Origin: Bacteroidales bacterium | Lineage (GTDB): Bacteria > Bacteroidota > Bacteroidia > Bacteroidales > UBA3824 | Assembly: GCA_016286055.1 (NCBI GenBank) | Contig: JAEERW010000002.1 | Coordinates: forward strand, 328,458-392,457 | Reading direction: 5' to 3' | Length of the DNA: 64,000 nt | Part shown: one piece after another, positions 1-8,992 of the stretch | Layout: every line of letters starts with the position of its first letter | Position numbering within the stretch: position 1 is the first letter of the stretch | Notes under the pieces: generated by a model | Databases searched by the model: none | Seen by the model: only the letters and a program-made list of their open reading frames with translations | Told to the model about the DNA's origin: nothing | Position numbers and translations under genes: made by a program

Positions 1-1262
1 GCATTGGTCGCTGTATTAAAACTTTCTATGGAAGTTACCGTTGGGCTAAGGCCGAAATAACCAAACTCAACCGTTTCCGCACAGGACACTGCTATCCCGA
101 ACTTGTACAAACTGAAAATGGTAAAATTGTTGCATCGTGCAAGGGCGTGATTTGGAGCCGCACATACAATAAAATCAACAAAAAATTTATCGAAACGGTC
201 GGCTCGCCACTAGCCGACGGAATGACTGTGGTATTTGAGTTTTACACCGTTTTCGACCAACGCCGCGGACTCTCGCTCGTTATCACCGACATTGACATCG
301 ACAGTGTGATTGGAGAATCTGCCCGCGCCAAAATCGACACAGTAAACCGCCTTAAATCCGAAGGCATATTTGCCCTCAATCATAACCTCCCCGAACCGCA
401 CCTTATACAGCGCATAGCCGTGGTATCAGTATCCACAGGCAAGGGTTACGCCGATTTTGTTGCTGCCATTGAGGGCAACAGCGAAGGATACAGATATTTT
501 GCCCCGCTGTTTTCTGCTGCAATGGTGGGCGACCACGCCGTTGGCGAAATTACCGCACAGTTAAAAAACATTGAATCACACAAGCACCTGTTCGACGCCG
601 TGGTAATAATCCGTGGCGGTGGAGGTGACGCGTCGCTGTCGTTTTTCAATAGTTACGAATTGGCAAAAGCCGTGGCAGAATTTCCGTTGCCAGTACTCAC
701 AGGTATAGGTCACGCCACCAACAAGACCGCAGTAGAGGAGGCTTCGCACCACTCTTTTGCCACGCCGTCGGAACTTGCCAACTACATCATAGGCAAGACC
801 AGTGACGCAGAGCGCAACTTCAACACTCTTGTAAAGTCAATCCATCAAAAGATGTCGGCGATAGTTAGCCGAAACCAAAGCCGTCTTGCCGCCGAAAACC
901 GCACCATCAAGATTCACATCACCAGCAATATCAACAACCATAGGCTGAAACTCCGCAGCACCACTCAGCGCATTCACACGCTTGTGACGCAAAAAATCAA
1001 CGAAAACCGCCGTTACCGCCTTGCCTTTGTGATACGGAGCATTGCCACTAATGTCAAAAACATTTCATCAAAATATCTCCTACGAATCGACGAAATAGAA
1101 CACGCATTGACTCATCCCCAAAAGCGTAACATCGGCGACATATATTTCGGCGGTGCCAAAATAACCTCGGCTTCACAATTGCAACCCGGCAACGTGATAG
1201 AAATCAAACTCAACGGCGGCACAATAAGAGCTGAGGTTAAGGACATATCATTACAAAACTAA
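1..1262 (+). CDS. xseA: Exodeoxyribonuclease VII large subunit (5' end lies outside the window)
   Basis: The reading frame is open from the window edge (codons start at nt 3: IGRCIKTFYGSYRWAKAEITKLNRFRTGHCYPELVQ, an OB-fold-like N-terminus). It continues into the listed ORF 147..1262. Core motifs RIAVVSVSTGKGYADF, VVIIRGGGGDASL and TGIGHATN plus a long helical C-terminus are typical of XseA. Confidence 0.9.
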   Translation, partial: IGRCIKTFYGSYRWAKAEITKLNRFRTGHCYPELVQTENGKIVASCKGVIWSRTYNKINKKFIETVGSPLADGMTVVFEFYTVFDQRRGLSLVITDIDIDSVIGESARAKIDTVNRLKSEGIFALNHNLPEPHLIQRIAVVSVSTGKGYADFVAAIEGNSEGYRYFAPLFSAAMVGDHAVGEITAQLKNIESHKHLFDAVVIIRGGGGDASLSFFNSYELAKAVAEFPLPVLTGIGHATNKTAVEEASHHSFATPSELANYIIGKTSDAERNFNTLVKSIHQKMSAIVSRNQSRLAAENRTIKIHITSNINNHRLKLRSTTQRIHTLVTQKINENRRYRLAFVIRSIATNVKNISSKYLLRIDEIEHALTHPQKRNIGDIYFGGAKITSASQLQPGNVIEIKLNGGTIRAEVKDISLQN

Positions 1263-1273
1263 ATCAAAAAAAA

Positions 1274-1295
1274 CGCCGAAACATTCGTTTCGGCG
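1274..1295 (-). terminator. Intrinsic terminator hairpin between the convergent xseA and ppiD-like genes
   Basis: cgccgaaac-attc-gtttcggcg forms a 9-bp GC-rich stem with a 4-nt loop. The A8 run at 1266..1273 gives a U-run after the hairpin on the minus-strand transcript. The plus-strand side has only a weak T tract. Confidence 0.7.
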
Positions 1296-1319
1296 CTATA
1301 TTCAGTGTTAAAATACTTC

Positions 1320-3437
1320 TTAGAAGAATTTGTATCTTTCGTCAACGATGTTGGCCATCTTTACTAAAGCCTCATAAGCCTGATAGAGAGAACGTTGACT
1401 CAACTCTCTCTGCATAACCTGACGGTCAGTGTCGATATTAATCTGCTGAATAGGCTGAGCAGGAGTTAGATTTGTGTTCTGAATAACAAATACCGCATTT
1501 TTGCCAGCGAATGGTTTTGAAACCTCATTCTTGTTGAGGCTTGTTGCCACTGCCACTACCGCAGGTTCGTAGTATCCGCCAATCTGAACCGAAGTTCTAC
1601 TCAGGTTGCTAGCTTCTTGAATAGGACGATTGATCTGAGCTGCAAGAGCGTCTACATTAGAAACGTTCTTTGACGCAAGGTCAGACAAGATTTTCTCTCC
1701 TTTTTTCTGAGATACAAGTTCTGCTTCGATATCTGATTTAACGGCAGAAAGAGGAGCCTTACCCTTAGGATGAACACCCACAACAGCTGCAACAATAAGA
1801 CGGCCGTCGAAATCCATAACATCCGAAACTTCTTTAGATTTCTCCTCATCAAACGCCCATTGAACAAGTGGGCGAGCGTTAGTTAAGCTGGGAATATACC
1901 TTGTGTCGGGAGTGATAGAAGGTGCAACACGTACCGAAAGTCCAGCAGCATTAGCCGACTCAACAAACTTTGACACCTCGCGAGTGTTAGCGGCAAATTT
2001 GTTGGCCTGTGTATAAGCCTGCTGGCGGGTAGCATTGCTAGGTTTGATTTCTATTTGAAGGAATCCAACATTCACTTTCTTTTTAGGCTGGGTTTTGTCA
2101 AACACCTTTATAATATGCACACCGTACATAGTAGTAGTAGTGGTGATTTTTCCCTTTTCGGTGGCGAAGCAAGCATCTTTAAACTCAGGAATAAAGTTGA
2201 TACGGTCGGTAACCCATCCGAGATTTCCGCTGTCGGAAGCAGAACCTTGGTCATCAGAAACTTCCAACGCCAAAGCACCAAAGTCGATTCCGCTCTTAAT
2301 AACGTCTAATAAGCTGTCGGCCTTATGACGAGCCACTAGTGTATCTTCGCCTTGACGATATGCAACCAAAATGTGCGATACTTTAACAGAGTCGGGCAAG
2401 TTTTTGGTGTCGATTAGTCGGGCAACTTTGTAATAATCTCCGTCGATGTAAGGGCCGTAAACAAAACCTGGCTGCTCTGTAAACATAAGGCTATCAACAA
2501 TTTCGTTGGTAATTTCTCCCTTATTGTAGTTGATATCGCTGTATAAAACATCAGATTTAGAGTTGATAAACGAAACCACATCGTTGGTGCTGGCAAAGTC
2601 GGACTTAAGGTCGTTAATCACATTCAATGAGTAAGCGCTATCTTTGTCAGATGCAACAATGTCGAACGAAACGTAGTTGATATCACGAGTTTCGTTTTCG
2701 CGTTCATACTTGGTGATGTTAGAATTATAATAATTAGCTATGTCGTTTTCGCTTACAGCAACATCATTGTCGGCAATTTCGGAATAAGGCAAAGCCACAA
2801 ATTTTACATCAGCGAGAGTGGTTCGGTCGTTGAATTCTTGTTCAACCTCAGCTGTTGTAACACACAAGCCCGATGCTATAAGGTTAAAATACTTATTAGA
2901 AACACGGCTGTTGCGCAATTCTCTTTCAAGATAATTCCAGATAAACACGTTTGTAGCAATTTCATTTCCACGGTCATCCCGTTTCGACAAGAAAGACAAT
3001 ACGTAAGATGGGTCGTAAATTCCAGTTTGCGGGTCGGAAAAGAGCTGACGGATAGTGGAAGTAACGTTTCCAGTCTGAATCATATTGATAAGTTCGTCGT
3101 CAGACGCAGAAATTCCGAGGTCATCGGCAATAGTACCAATTACTTTTTCTCTAATCAAATCATCCCAGATGTAATCTCTAATTTGATCTGACATCTCAGA
3201 ACTGAGAGAACTCTGTTGTGTTACCGTTGAGATAAAAACGGTACGTTCGTTAACTCTGTCTTCGAAATCCTGATAGGTGATGGTTTCTCCATTGATTTCC
3301 CCTATATTGAATCGGTCTTGCCCAAAAATCGACATACTCGAGTTAAGAAAATCGCCGAGAATAAATGCGAGCAATGCTGCGCCAACGCAAATGGCTATCA
3401 GCTTTCCTCTGTTTCGTATAGACTGTAATGCTGCCAT
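1320..3437 (-). CDS. Periplasmic chaperone / peptidyl-prolyl isomerase, PpiD/SurA-like
   Basis: 705-aa ORF with an N-terminal membrane anchor (MAALQSIRNRGKLIAICVGAALLAFILGDF) typical of PpiD. A parvulin-type rotamase segment is present (VKVSHILVAY...GNLGWV...YGVHIIKV). Confidence 0.8.
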   Translation of the reverse strand: MAALQSIRNRGKLIAICVGAALLAFILGDFLNSSMSIFGQDRFNIGEINGETITYQDFEDRVNERTVFISTVTQQSSLSSEMSDQIRDYIWDDLIREKVIGTIADDLGISASDDELINMIQTGNVTSTIRQLFSDPQTGIYDPSYVLSFLSKRDDRGNEIATNVFIWNYLERELRNSRVSNKYFNLIASGLCVTTAEVEQEFNDRTTLADVKFVALPYSEIADNDVAVSENDIANYYNSNITKYERENETRDINYVSFDIVASDKDSAYSLNVINDLKSDFASTNDVVSFINSKSDVLYSDINYNKGEITNEIVDSLMFTEQPGFVYGPYIDGDYYKVARLIDTKNLPDSVKVSHILVAYRQGEDTLVARHKADSLLDVIKSGIDFGALALEVSDDQGSASDSGNLGWVTDRINFIPEFKDACFATEKGKITTTTTMYGVHIIKVFDKTQPKKKVNVGFLQIEIKPSNATRQQAYTQANKFAANTREVSKFVESANAAGLSVRVAPSITPDTRYIPSLTNARPLVQWAFDEEKSKEVSDVMDFDGRLIVAAVVGVHPKGKAPLSAVKSDIEAELVSQKKGEKILSDLASKNVSNVDALAAQINRPIQEASNLSRTSVQIGGYYEPAVVAVATSLNKNEVSKPFAGKNAVFVIQNTNLTPAQPIQQINIDTDRQVMQRELSQRSLYQAYEALVKMANIVDERYKFF

Positions 3438-3512
3438 TTAAATGTCAATAAATGATAATTATGATTAAATTATTTGAGGAGACAAAGATGCACTTTCAAT
3501 CATGCATATAGT

Positions 3513-3548
3513 AAAAAACCCCAATCCCGCTTACGAATTGAGGGTTTT
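3513..3548 (-). terminator. Intrinsic terminator downstream of rpmH
   Basis: The minus-strand RNA reads AAAACCCUCAAUUCGUAAGCGGGAUUGGGGUUUUUU. It forms a stem of CCC/GGG plus CAAU/AUUG with one bulge, followed by U6. It lies 29 nt after the rpmH stop. Confidence 0.7.
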
Positions 3549-3576
3549 GTATCATATACTTAAATGCAGAATATGA

Positions 3577-3738
3577 TTATTTCATTCTGCATCGGGGTTC
3601 CGATGATACTGAAAGTTTCTTCCTTCCTTTGCGGCGGCGTGCTGATAATACTTTGCGGCCGTTGGCTGTCTTCATGCGCTCTCTGAATCCGTGTTTGTTC
3701 TTGCGCTTCTTAATCGAAGGCTGATATGTGCGTTTCAT
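3577..3738 (-). CDS. rpmH: 50S ribosomal protein L34
   Basis: 53-codon ORF below the ORF-track cutoff. My translation is [53 protein letters not shown], the highly conserved L34 sequence. ATG is at 3738..3736 and TAA at 3579..3577. Confidence 0.92.
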   Translation of the reverse strand: MKRTYQPSIKKRKNKHGFRERMKTANGRKVLSARRRKGRKKLSVSSEPRCRMK

Positions 3739-3804
3739 TTCCTTTTATTTATTAATGTTTTTAACTAAATTGCTTTGCTATAAAAATGCTATATTTTCGA
3801 GCGG

Positions 3805-3812
3805 CAAAGTTA
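3805..3812 (-). promoter_or_regulatory. Bacteroidetes-type -7 box (TAACTTTG) for rpmH, with -33 TTTG at 3835..3832
   Basis: Exact TAnnTTTG on the minus strand. A TTTG element lies 19 nt upstream. It sits about 67 nt upstream of the rpmH ATG. The consensus is the established Bacteroides sigma-A promoter motif. Confidence 0.5.
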
Positions 3813-3877
3813 GAGTTATTTTTTTTGTTTGCAAAAAAAGATTTGTGTTTTTTTTAAAAAAAATTCGAGCGGTGGAT

Positions 3878-4534
3878 TTAAACGCTCAGATACTTCATCA
3901 GCGCACTGTATCGGTCTTCCATAAGCTCGGTATATTTGCGGTCGCCTTCGTAAACCTGCTTGATGCGATATCCGTATCGTTCTAAGCCCTGAATCACTGC
4001 CGAAGTGTCGTGCCCGTTGCACTTGATTACTATGTTCATATTTCCAGCGTCGGTACGGGTATAGATGCTCATTATTTTCATGTCGTTTGATTCTGCTACT
4101 GCGGCTATTTGCGCTGGAGAATAGTTTTCTGGCGTGGTTACTATCTCTATTATCCCGCCTGGCATATTGGCAGCCGTTACTTGTGCCATTCCGCGCAAAA
4201 GCTGGGTTTCGGTGATAACTCCTAGATAGGAATTGTTTTGCGCCGAAATCACAGGCAGCAGCGATAGTTTATTCGACGACATTATTGTTAGCACTTCAAA
4301 TATATGCTGCGTGTCAAATACATAAGGTTGCGGTGCTGGCATTGGGCATTGTGATATTGGTTCGTCGTCGGATATGCCATAGATGTCGTTGTCGCTCACA
4401 AGACCGAGATATTCTGTACCGGAGACCACTGGAAGGTGCGAAACACGGAAATCATCCATTATTTGCAACGCCTTGGCTCCTGTGTCGGAGGGTATTAATG
4501 CGGGGATGTTGGTAGAAATCAAATCTGATACCAT
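3878..4534 (-). CDS. CBS domain-containing protein
   Basis: 218 aa with two CBS-like repeats (ALQIMDDFRVSHLPVVSGTEYLGLVSDNDIY and FEVLTIMSSNKLSLLPVISAQNNSYLGVITETQLL) and a small C-terminal domain. Confidence 0.75.
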   Translation of the reverse strand: MVSDLISTNIPALIPSDTGAKALQIMDDFRVSHLPVVSGTEYLGLVSDNDIYGISDDEPISQCPMPAPQPYVFDTQHIFEVLTIMSSNKLSLLPVISAQNNSYLGVITETQLLRGMAQVTAANMPGGIIEIVTTPENYSPAQIAAVAESNDMKIMSIYTRTDAGNMNIVIKCNGHDTSAVIQGLERYGYRIKQVYEGDRKYTELMEDRYSALMKYLSV

Positions 4535-4618
4535 GTCTGTGTTTTTTTGTTAAGGCAAAGTAAATAGTTTTTTTACATATAATTACCATAAATAAACCTT
4601 AAAAATAGATAAAAGGTT

Positions 4619-4626
4619 TAAATTTG
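4619..4626 (+). promoter_or_regulatory. -7 box TAAATTTG upstream of pdxJ
   Basis: Exact TAnnTTTG, ending 30 nt before the pdxJ ATG. Confidence 0.5.
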
Positions 4627-4655
4627 CAGCAAAATTTCACACCTTATATATTATT

Positions 4656-5390
4656 ATGGACGAAAAAACCCGATTGAGTGTCAATATCAACAAAGTGGCC
4701 ACAATACGTAATGCCCGCGGAGGCAATAATCCCGATGTGGAACAGGTGGCTGCCGACTGCGAACGTTTTGGTGCACAGGGCATTACTGTTCACCCCCGCC
4801 CCGACGAACGCCATATTCGCAAAAGCGATGTACGTTTGCTTAAAACTCTAATTACTACCGAGTTTAATATCGAAGGATACCCTTCGGAAGATTTTATGAA
4901 TCTTGTGCTCGAAGTAAAGCCCACACAGGCAACTCTCGTTCCCGACGACCCAAGTCAGATTACTTCTAACCACGGTTGGGACGTTGTTAAATACAAACCT
5001 TTTCTTCGCGATGTGGTAGCAAAACTCCATGATGCAGGTATACGCACTTCGATTTTTGTAGACACTCATCACGAAAATATCCTTCACGCAGGCGACCTCG
5101 GCACCGACCGCATTGAACTCTACACCGAGCCATTTGCCTCAATGTTTCCTACAAACCCCGAAGAGGCTGTAAAACCGTTTCGCGAGGCGGCAGAACTTGC
5201 TTTTGAGCGCGGCATTGAGGTTAACGCCGGTCACGACCTTAGTCTTCAAAACCTTACATACTTCCTCAAAAACGTGCCTCACGTAAAAGAAGTGTCGATA
5301 GGTCACGCACTTATCTGCGACGCTCTTTACTATGGTCTTGAAAATACTATTGGAATGTATCTCGATAGAATTAACCAAGCGTATGTTTAA
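4656..5390 (+). CDS. pdxJ: Pyridoxine 5'-phosphate synthase
   Basis: 244 aa. Motifs [35 protein letters not shown] and GHDL are characteristic of PdxJ. Confidence 0.95.
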   Translation: MDEKTRLSVNINKVATIRNARGGNNPDVEQVAADCERFGAQGITVHPRPDERHIRKSDVRLLKTLITTEFNIEGYPSEDFMNLVLEVKPTQATLVPDDPSQITSNHGWDVVKYKPFLRDVVAKLHDAGIRTSIFVDTHHENILHAGDLGTDRIELYTEPFASMFPTNPEEAVKPFREAAELAFERGIEVNAGHDLSLQNLTYFLKNVPHVKEVSIGHALICDALYYGLENTIGMYLDRINQAYV

Positions 5391-5453
5391 TTCATAATTC
5401 ACAATTCATAATTAGAAACAAACAATCACATATTTACTAAAATAGATAACAAT

Positions 5454-8400
5454 ATGAAAAAGAACATCTATCTGATTCTGACGTTGCTGATGACCTTGTT
5501 TATCGGCACGGCATCGGCACAGGTAACCACCTCGTCGCTTTCGGGACAAGTTACCGACGACAGCGGTGAAACACTCCCAGGTGCTACCGTTATTGCAGTT
5601 CACGTACCGTCAGGCACGCAGTACGCATGTATCACCAACGAAAACGGACGCTACATACTGCAAGGTATGAAACCCGGAGGACCTTACAAACTTACAGTTC
5701 AATTTGTTGGCAAAAAGCCCGCAGAATATGAAAATATTTACCTGCCATTAGGCGAAGTGGTTAACATCGACGCTCAGCCAAAAGACGAAGCTCAGGAACT
5801 ATCAGAAGTGGTAGTGGTAGCCGAAGCTCCAAAAGCCAACACTGGTGCAGCCACCAACTACAATCTCGACAATATTCAAAACACTCCTACTATCAACCGT
5901 AGCGTTTACGACGTGGCAAAGCTCAACCCCCAAGCAAGTATCAACAAGTCGGGCGGTATCTCTTTCGCTGGTAGCAACAACCGTTACAACTCGTTCCAAA
6001 TCGACGGTACTGTAAGCAACGATGTTTTCGGACTTTCGGCTGATGGTACTAATGGTGCACAAACTGGCGCTAACCCTATATCGCTTGAATCTATACAAGA
6101 AATTCAAGTAGTAGTTTCTCCGTTCGACGTTACTCAGTCGGGCTTTACTGGCGGTGGTATCAACGCTGTTACCAAATCGGGTACCAACAAATTTACCGGC
6201 ACAGTTTACGCTTATTACAACAACGAGGGACTCTACGGCAAGTATTCACAAGAAAAAGAGAAAGAGTCGAAACTCGACAACGAGCTTACCCGTATACTCG
6301 GCGCCAACATTGGTGGTGCAATTGTAAAAGATAAACTTTTCTTCTTTGTTAGCGCAGAAAACACCAAGAAAGAATGGTCTAACTTGTATTTCCCTGGTGC
6401 CGACTATAAGACAGCCGATGGAAAATACGACTATATTACAATTGAAGAGGCAAAGGCTGTTTCCGAACAATTCAAAAAGGTTACAGGGATTGAAGAAAAC
6501 TACGATCCTCGCGATTTGGAACAGAGCGCATGGAACATTCTTGCACGTTTAGACTGGAACATCAACACCAAGCACAAACTCGCTCTTCGCTACCAATACA
6601 ACGATTCGTATCGTGATAGCTATTCATCAGGCACTTACAGCAATGGCTACCAGACATATTACTTTGCCAATTCTGGCTACAGAATGTATGACAAAACCAA
6701 CTCGGTGGTATTAGAGTTGAACTCTCGTTTCAACGACAAACTTTACAACGAGTTCCGTGCAGGACTTACCACAGTTCGCGACCACAGAGAAACTGCCTAT
6801 ACTTCGCCCAACATTGAAATTAATTCGGCTGGTGGCGAATACGACGCTGTAAACAATGTATTCAAAACTGGAAACAAAAGAATTTATATTGGTACAGAAT
6901 ACTCGTCTGGTGCAAATGGCTTAGATGTAGACGTTTACACATTAGAAGACAACCTTTCGATTTACAAAGGCGACCACACTCTCACTTTTGGCACACACGA
7001 AGAGTTCTACCAATTTACCAACCTCTTTATTCAAGGTGTCAACGGTGCTTATTACTACAACAGCACACAGGACTTTTTGAACGATAACGCTTATAAATTT
7101 GGTTACAACTTTTCTGACCCCAACATTACAGGCACAAACCGTTGGGCTGGCACAACAAAGGCTGGTCAATGGGGCTTATATGCACAAGACAAATGGAGAG
7201 TAACCAATTACTTTACTTTGACATACGGTTTGCGCCTTGATATCCCTGTAACATTCAACTCACCCTCTACCAACCCGCAATTCAACGAAAGCGACTATTC
7301 AAATAAATACGACGTAAAAGTTGGAGAAACCCCGAAAACCGCTATAATGTGGTCTCCGAGATTAGGATTCCGCTGGTATGTAGACAACGACCGCAAGACA
7401 CTTATCCGTGGCGGCGTAGGTATGTTTACAGGTAGAGTTCCGTTTGTTTGGCTCACCAACCTTTGGAACAACACTGGCGTAGAGATGAAAGGCACTACAA
7501 TAAACGATCAAAAGAACACACCTGAAAATGAAGCTCCTTCGTTTGCACAATACGGCACCGACCCAGTTGGCGCTATGAACTCGGCAGTAGGCACTGCATC
7601 GAAACCCACTATCAACACTGCTGACAAGAATTTCAAATATCCCCAAGTGTTACGTACAAGCCTTGCTGTGGAACAGAAATTACCTTACGGTCTGCGACTT
7701 ACCGCAGAAGGCATCTATTCAAAAACGTTGAACAACGTATTCTTTGAAAACCTTGCCCTCACCGAAAGCAACAAAGTTTATGCAGTTGAAGGCGTAGAGG
7801 CTTCGGCTGCTCCATATTTCTCGATTAATTCAGGTGATTATTATTCAATCATCAACCTAAGAAACACCAACAAAGGATATACATTCTCGCTTAGCGGAAA
7901 AGTAGAGCAGTCGTTTAACTTCGGACTCAACTGGTTGGCTTCTTACACATTCGGACGTGCAAAATCGGTTAACGACGGCACAAGTTCGGTAGCATACTCC
8001 AACTGGAAATACAACTACTCTATCAATACCAACTCTATCGACGAGCTCTCTTACTCATTGTTTGATGTTCCTCACAAAATAATGGCATCGGTATCATACA
8101 CCACTCCTAAATATGCTAACGGCTTATTGTCATCTACCATTGCAATCACATATAACGGCTTCAGTGGTCAGCGTTACTGTCTGAGCATGAACGAAGGCAC
8201 AGACTACAATGGCGATGGTCAGAAGGGCAACTCACTTCTCTATATTCCTACCGAGGCCGAACTTGCCAAGATGGCGTTTAATACAGATGAAGACCGTCAG
8301 AAATTTGCCGCTTGGATCGCCGACGACGATTATGCCAGCGAGCACCGTGGTCAATATGCTTGCCGATATTCAAATCTTGCTCCATTTGAGCATCATTTCG

Positions 8401-8675
8401 ACCTTCACTTTGCCGAAAACATTTTCTATTTGAAAGAACGCGGCGGCAAAATCCAACTTACATTCGACATCACTAACTTCGGCAACCTTCTCAACAAGAA
8501 ATGGGGCACTTACTATTCTTCTGCTTACACACTCCAAGTGTTGAAAGTTGAAAGCATAGAAACAAACGCAGACGGCTCAAGGTCGCCAGTGTTCTCATAC
8601 AACAATAAAGAACTCGAAATCAACGATGTATTCTCTCGTTGGCGTGCTCAGTTAGGTATCAAGATAACATTCTAA
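5454..8675 (+). CDS. TonB-dependent receptor with N-terminal carboxypeptidase-regulatory-like domain (Oar-like, no SusD partner)
   Basis: 1073 aa with a signal peptide ending in ASAQ. A CarboxypepD_reg-like segment is present (LSGQVTDDSGETLPGATVIAVHVPSGTQYACITNENGRYILQGMKPGGPYKL). A long beta-barrel region ends in the aromatic residue ...LGIKITF. Confidence 0.85.
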   Translation: MKKNIYLILTLLMTLFIGTASAQVTTSSLSGQVTDDSGETLPGATVIAVHVPSGTQYACITNENGRYILQGMKPGGPYKLTVQFVGKKPAEYENIYLPLGEVVNIDAQPKDEAQELSEVVVVAEAPKANTGAATNYNLDNIQNTPTINRSVYDVAKLNPQASINKSGGISFAGSNNRYNSFQIDGTVSNDVFGLSADGTNGAQTGANPISLESIQEIQVVVSPFDVTQSGFTGGGINAVTKSGTNKFTGTVYAYYNNEGLYGKYSQEKEKESKLDNELTRILGANIGGAIVKDKLFFFVSAENTKKEWSNLYFPGADYKTADGKYDYITIEEAKAVSEQFKKVTGIEENYDPRDLEQSAWNILARLDWNINTKHKLALRYQYNDSYRDSYSSGTYSNGYQTYYFANSGYRMYDKTNSVVLELNSRFNDKLYNEFRAGLTTVRDHRETAYTSPNIEINSAGGEYDAVNNVFKTGNKRIYIGTEYSSGANGLDVDVYTLEDNLSIYKGDHTLTFGTHEEFYQFTNLFIQGVNGAYYYNSTQDFLNDNAYKFGYNFSDPNITGTNRWAGTTKAGQWGLYAQDKWRVTNYFTLTYGLRLDIPVTFNSPSTNPQFNESDYSNKYDVKVGETPKTAIMWSPRLGFRWYVDNDRKTLIRGGVGMFTGRVPFVWLTNLWNNTGVEMKGTTINDQKNTPENEAPSFAQYGTDPVGAMNSAVGTASKPTINTADKNFKYPQVLRTSLAVEQKLPYGLRLTAEGIYSKTLNNVFFENLALTESNKVYAVEGVEASAAPYFSINSGDYYSIINLRNTNKGYTFSLSGKVEQSFNFGLNWLASYTFGRAKSVNDGTSSVAYSNWKYNYSINTNSIDELSYSLFDVPHKIMASVSYTTPKYANGLLSSTIAITYNGFSGQRYCLSMNEGTDYNGDGQKGNSLLYIPTEAELAKMAFNTDEDRQKFAAWIADDDYASEHRGQYACRYSNLAPFEHHFDLHFAENIFYLKERGGKIQLTFDITNFGNLLNKKWGTYYSSAYTLQVLKVESIETNADGSRSPVFSYNNKELEINDVFSRWRAQLGIKITF

Positions 8676-8703
8676 CCCTAGCTTACACAGTATAAAATAC
8701 ACA

Positions 8704-8745
8704 ACACACCGCTGTCGTCAGAAGACGAGGGCGGTGTGTTTTTTA
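8704..8745 (+). terminator. Intrinsic terminator after the TonB-dependent receptor gene
   Basis: acacaccgc...gcggtgtgt forms a 9-bp outer stem with inner tgtcgtc/gacgag pairing. It is followed by T6. Confidence 0.8.
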
Positions 8746-8799
8746 TTTTCCTTACCAAAAAAATAACTTAAAATTCTTACCGCATTAAGCAATATGTTG

Positions 8800-8807
8800 T
8801 ATCTTTG
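8800..8807 (+). promoter_or_regulatory. -7 box TATCTTTG; candidate promoter of a roughly 180-nt carB leader
   Basis: Exact TAnnTTTG, 185 nt upstream of the carB ATG. It is the only consensus box between the upstream terminator and carB. Confidence 0.45.
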
Positions 8808-8837
8808 CAGCGGAAAAATTAAGATCAGATACCATAA

Positions 8838-8987
8838 ATGAGCAACTACTGCATTGTAACATCGGTTGAAAAGCACATAAAAAGCGTTTTTTGTCTTAAT
8901 CAGAGGCAAAAAGATGCGTTAGTTTTTTTGGCTAACGCATTTTTTTTGCACCATAACAAAGGAATAAAAGAATTAAAACTAATATAA
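8838..8987 (+). promoter_or_regulatory. Candidate 49-codon leader ORF spanning the carB leader terminator
   Basis: ATG at 8838 opens MSNYCIVTSVEKHIKSVFCLNQRQKDALVFLANAFFLHHNKGIKELKLI, with a stop at 8985..8987, 5 nt before the carB ATG. An uninterrupted frame through an AT-rich intergenic region is notable. There is no homology evidence. Confidence 0.3.
8914..8947 (+). terminator. Intrinsic terminator inside the carB 5' leader (candidate attenuator)
   Basis: atgcgttag-tttttttgg-ctaacgcat forms a perfect 9-bp stem followed by T7-8. It ends 46 nt upstream of the carB ATG. Confidence 0.6.
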
Positions 8988-8992
8988 TCGTC

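Noticed and set aside
8718-8909. A 63-aa minus-strand ORF in the TBDR-carB intergenic region.
   Set aside because: It overlaps the plus-strand terminator, promoter box and carB leader. It has no promoter box of its own and its sequence has no motif. It is probably spurious.
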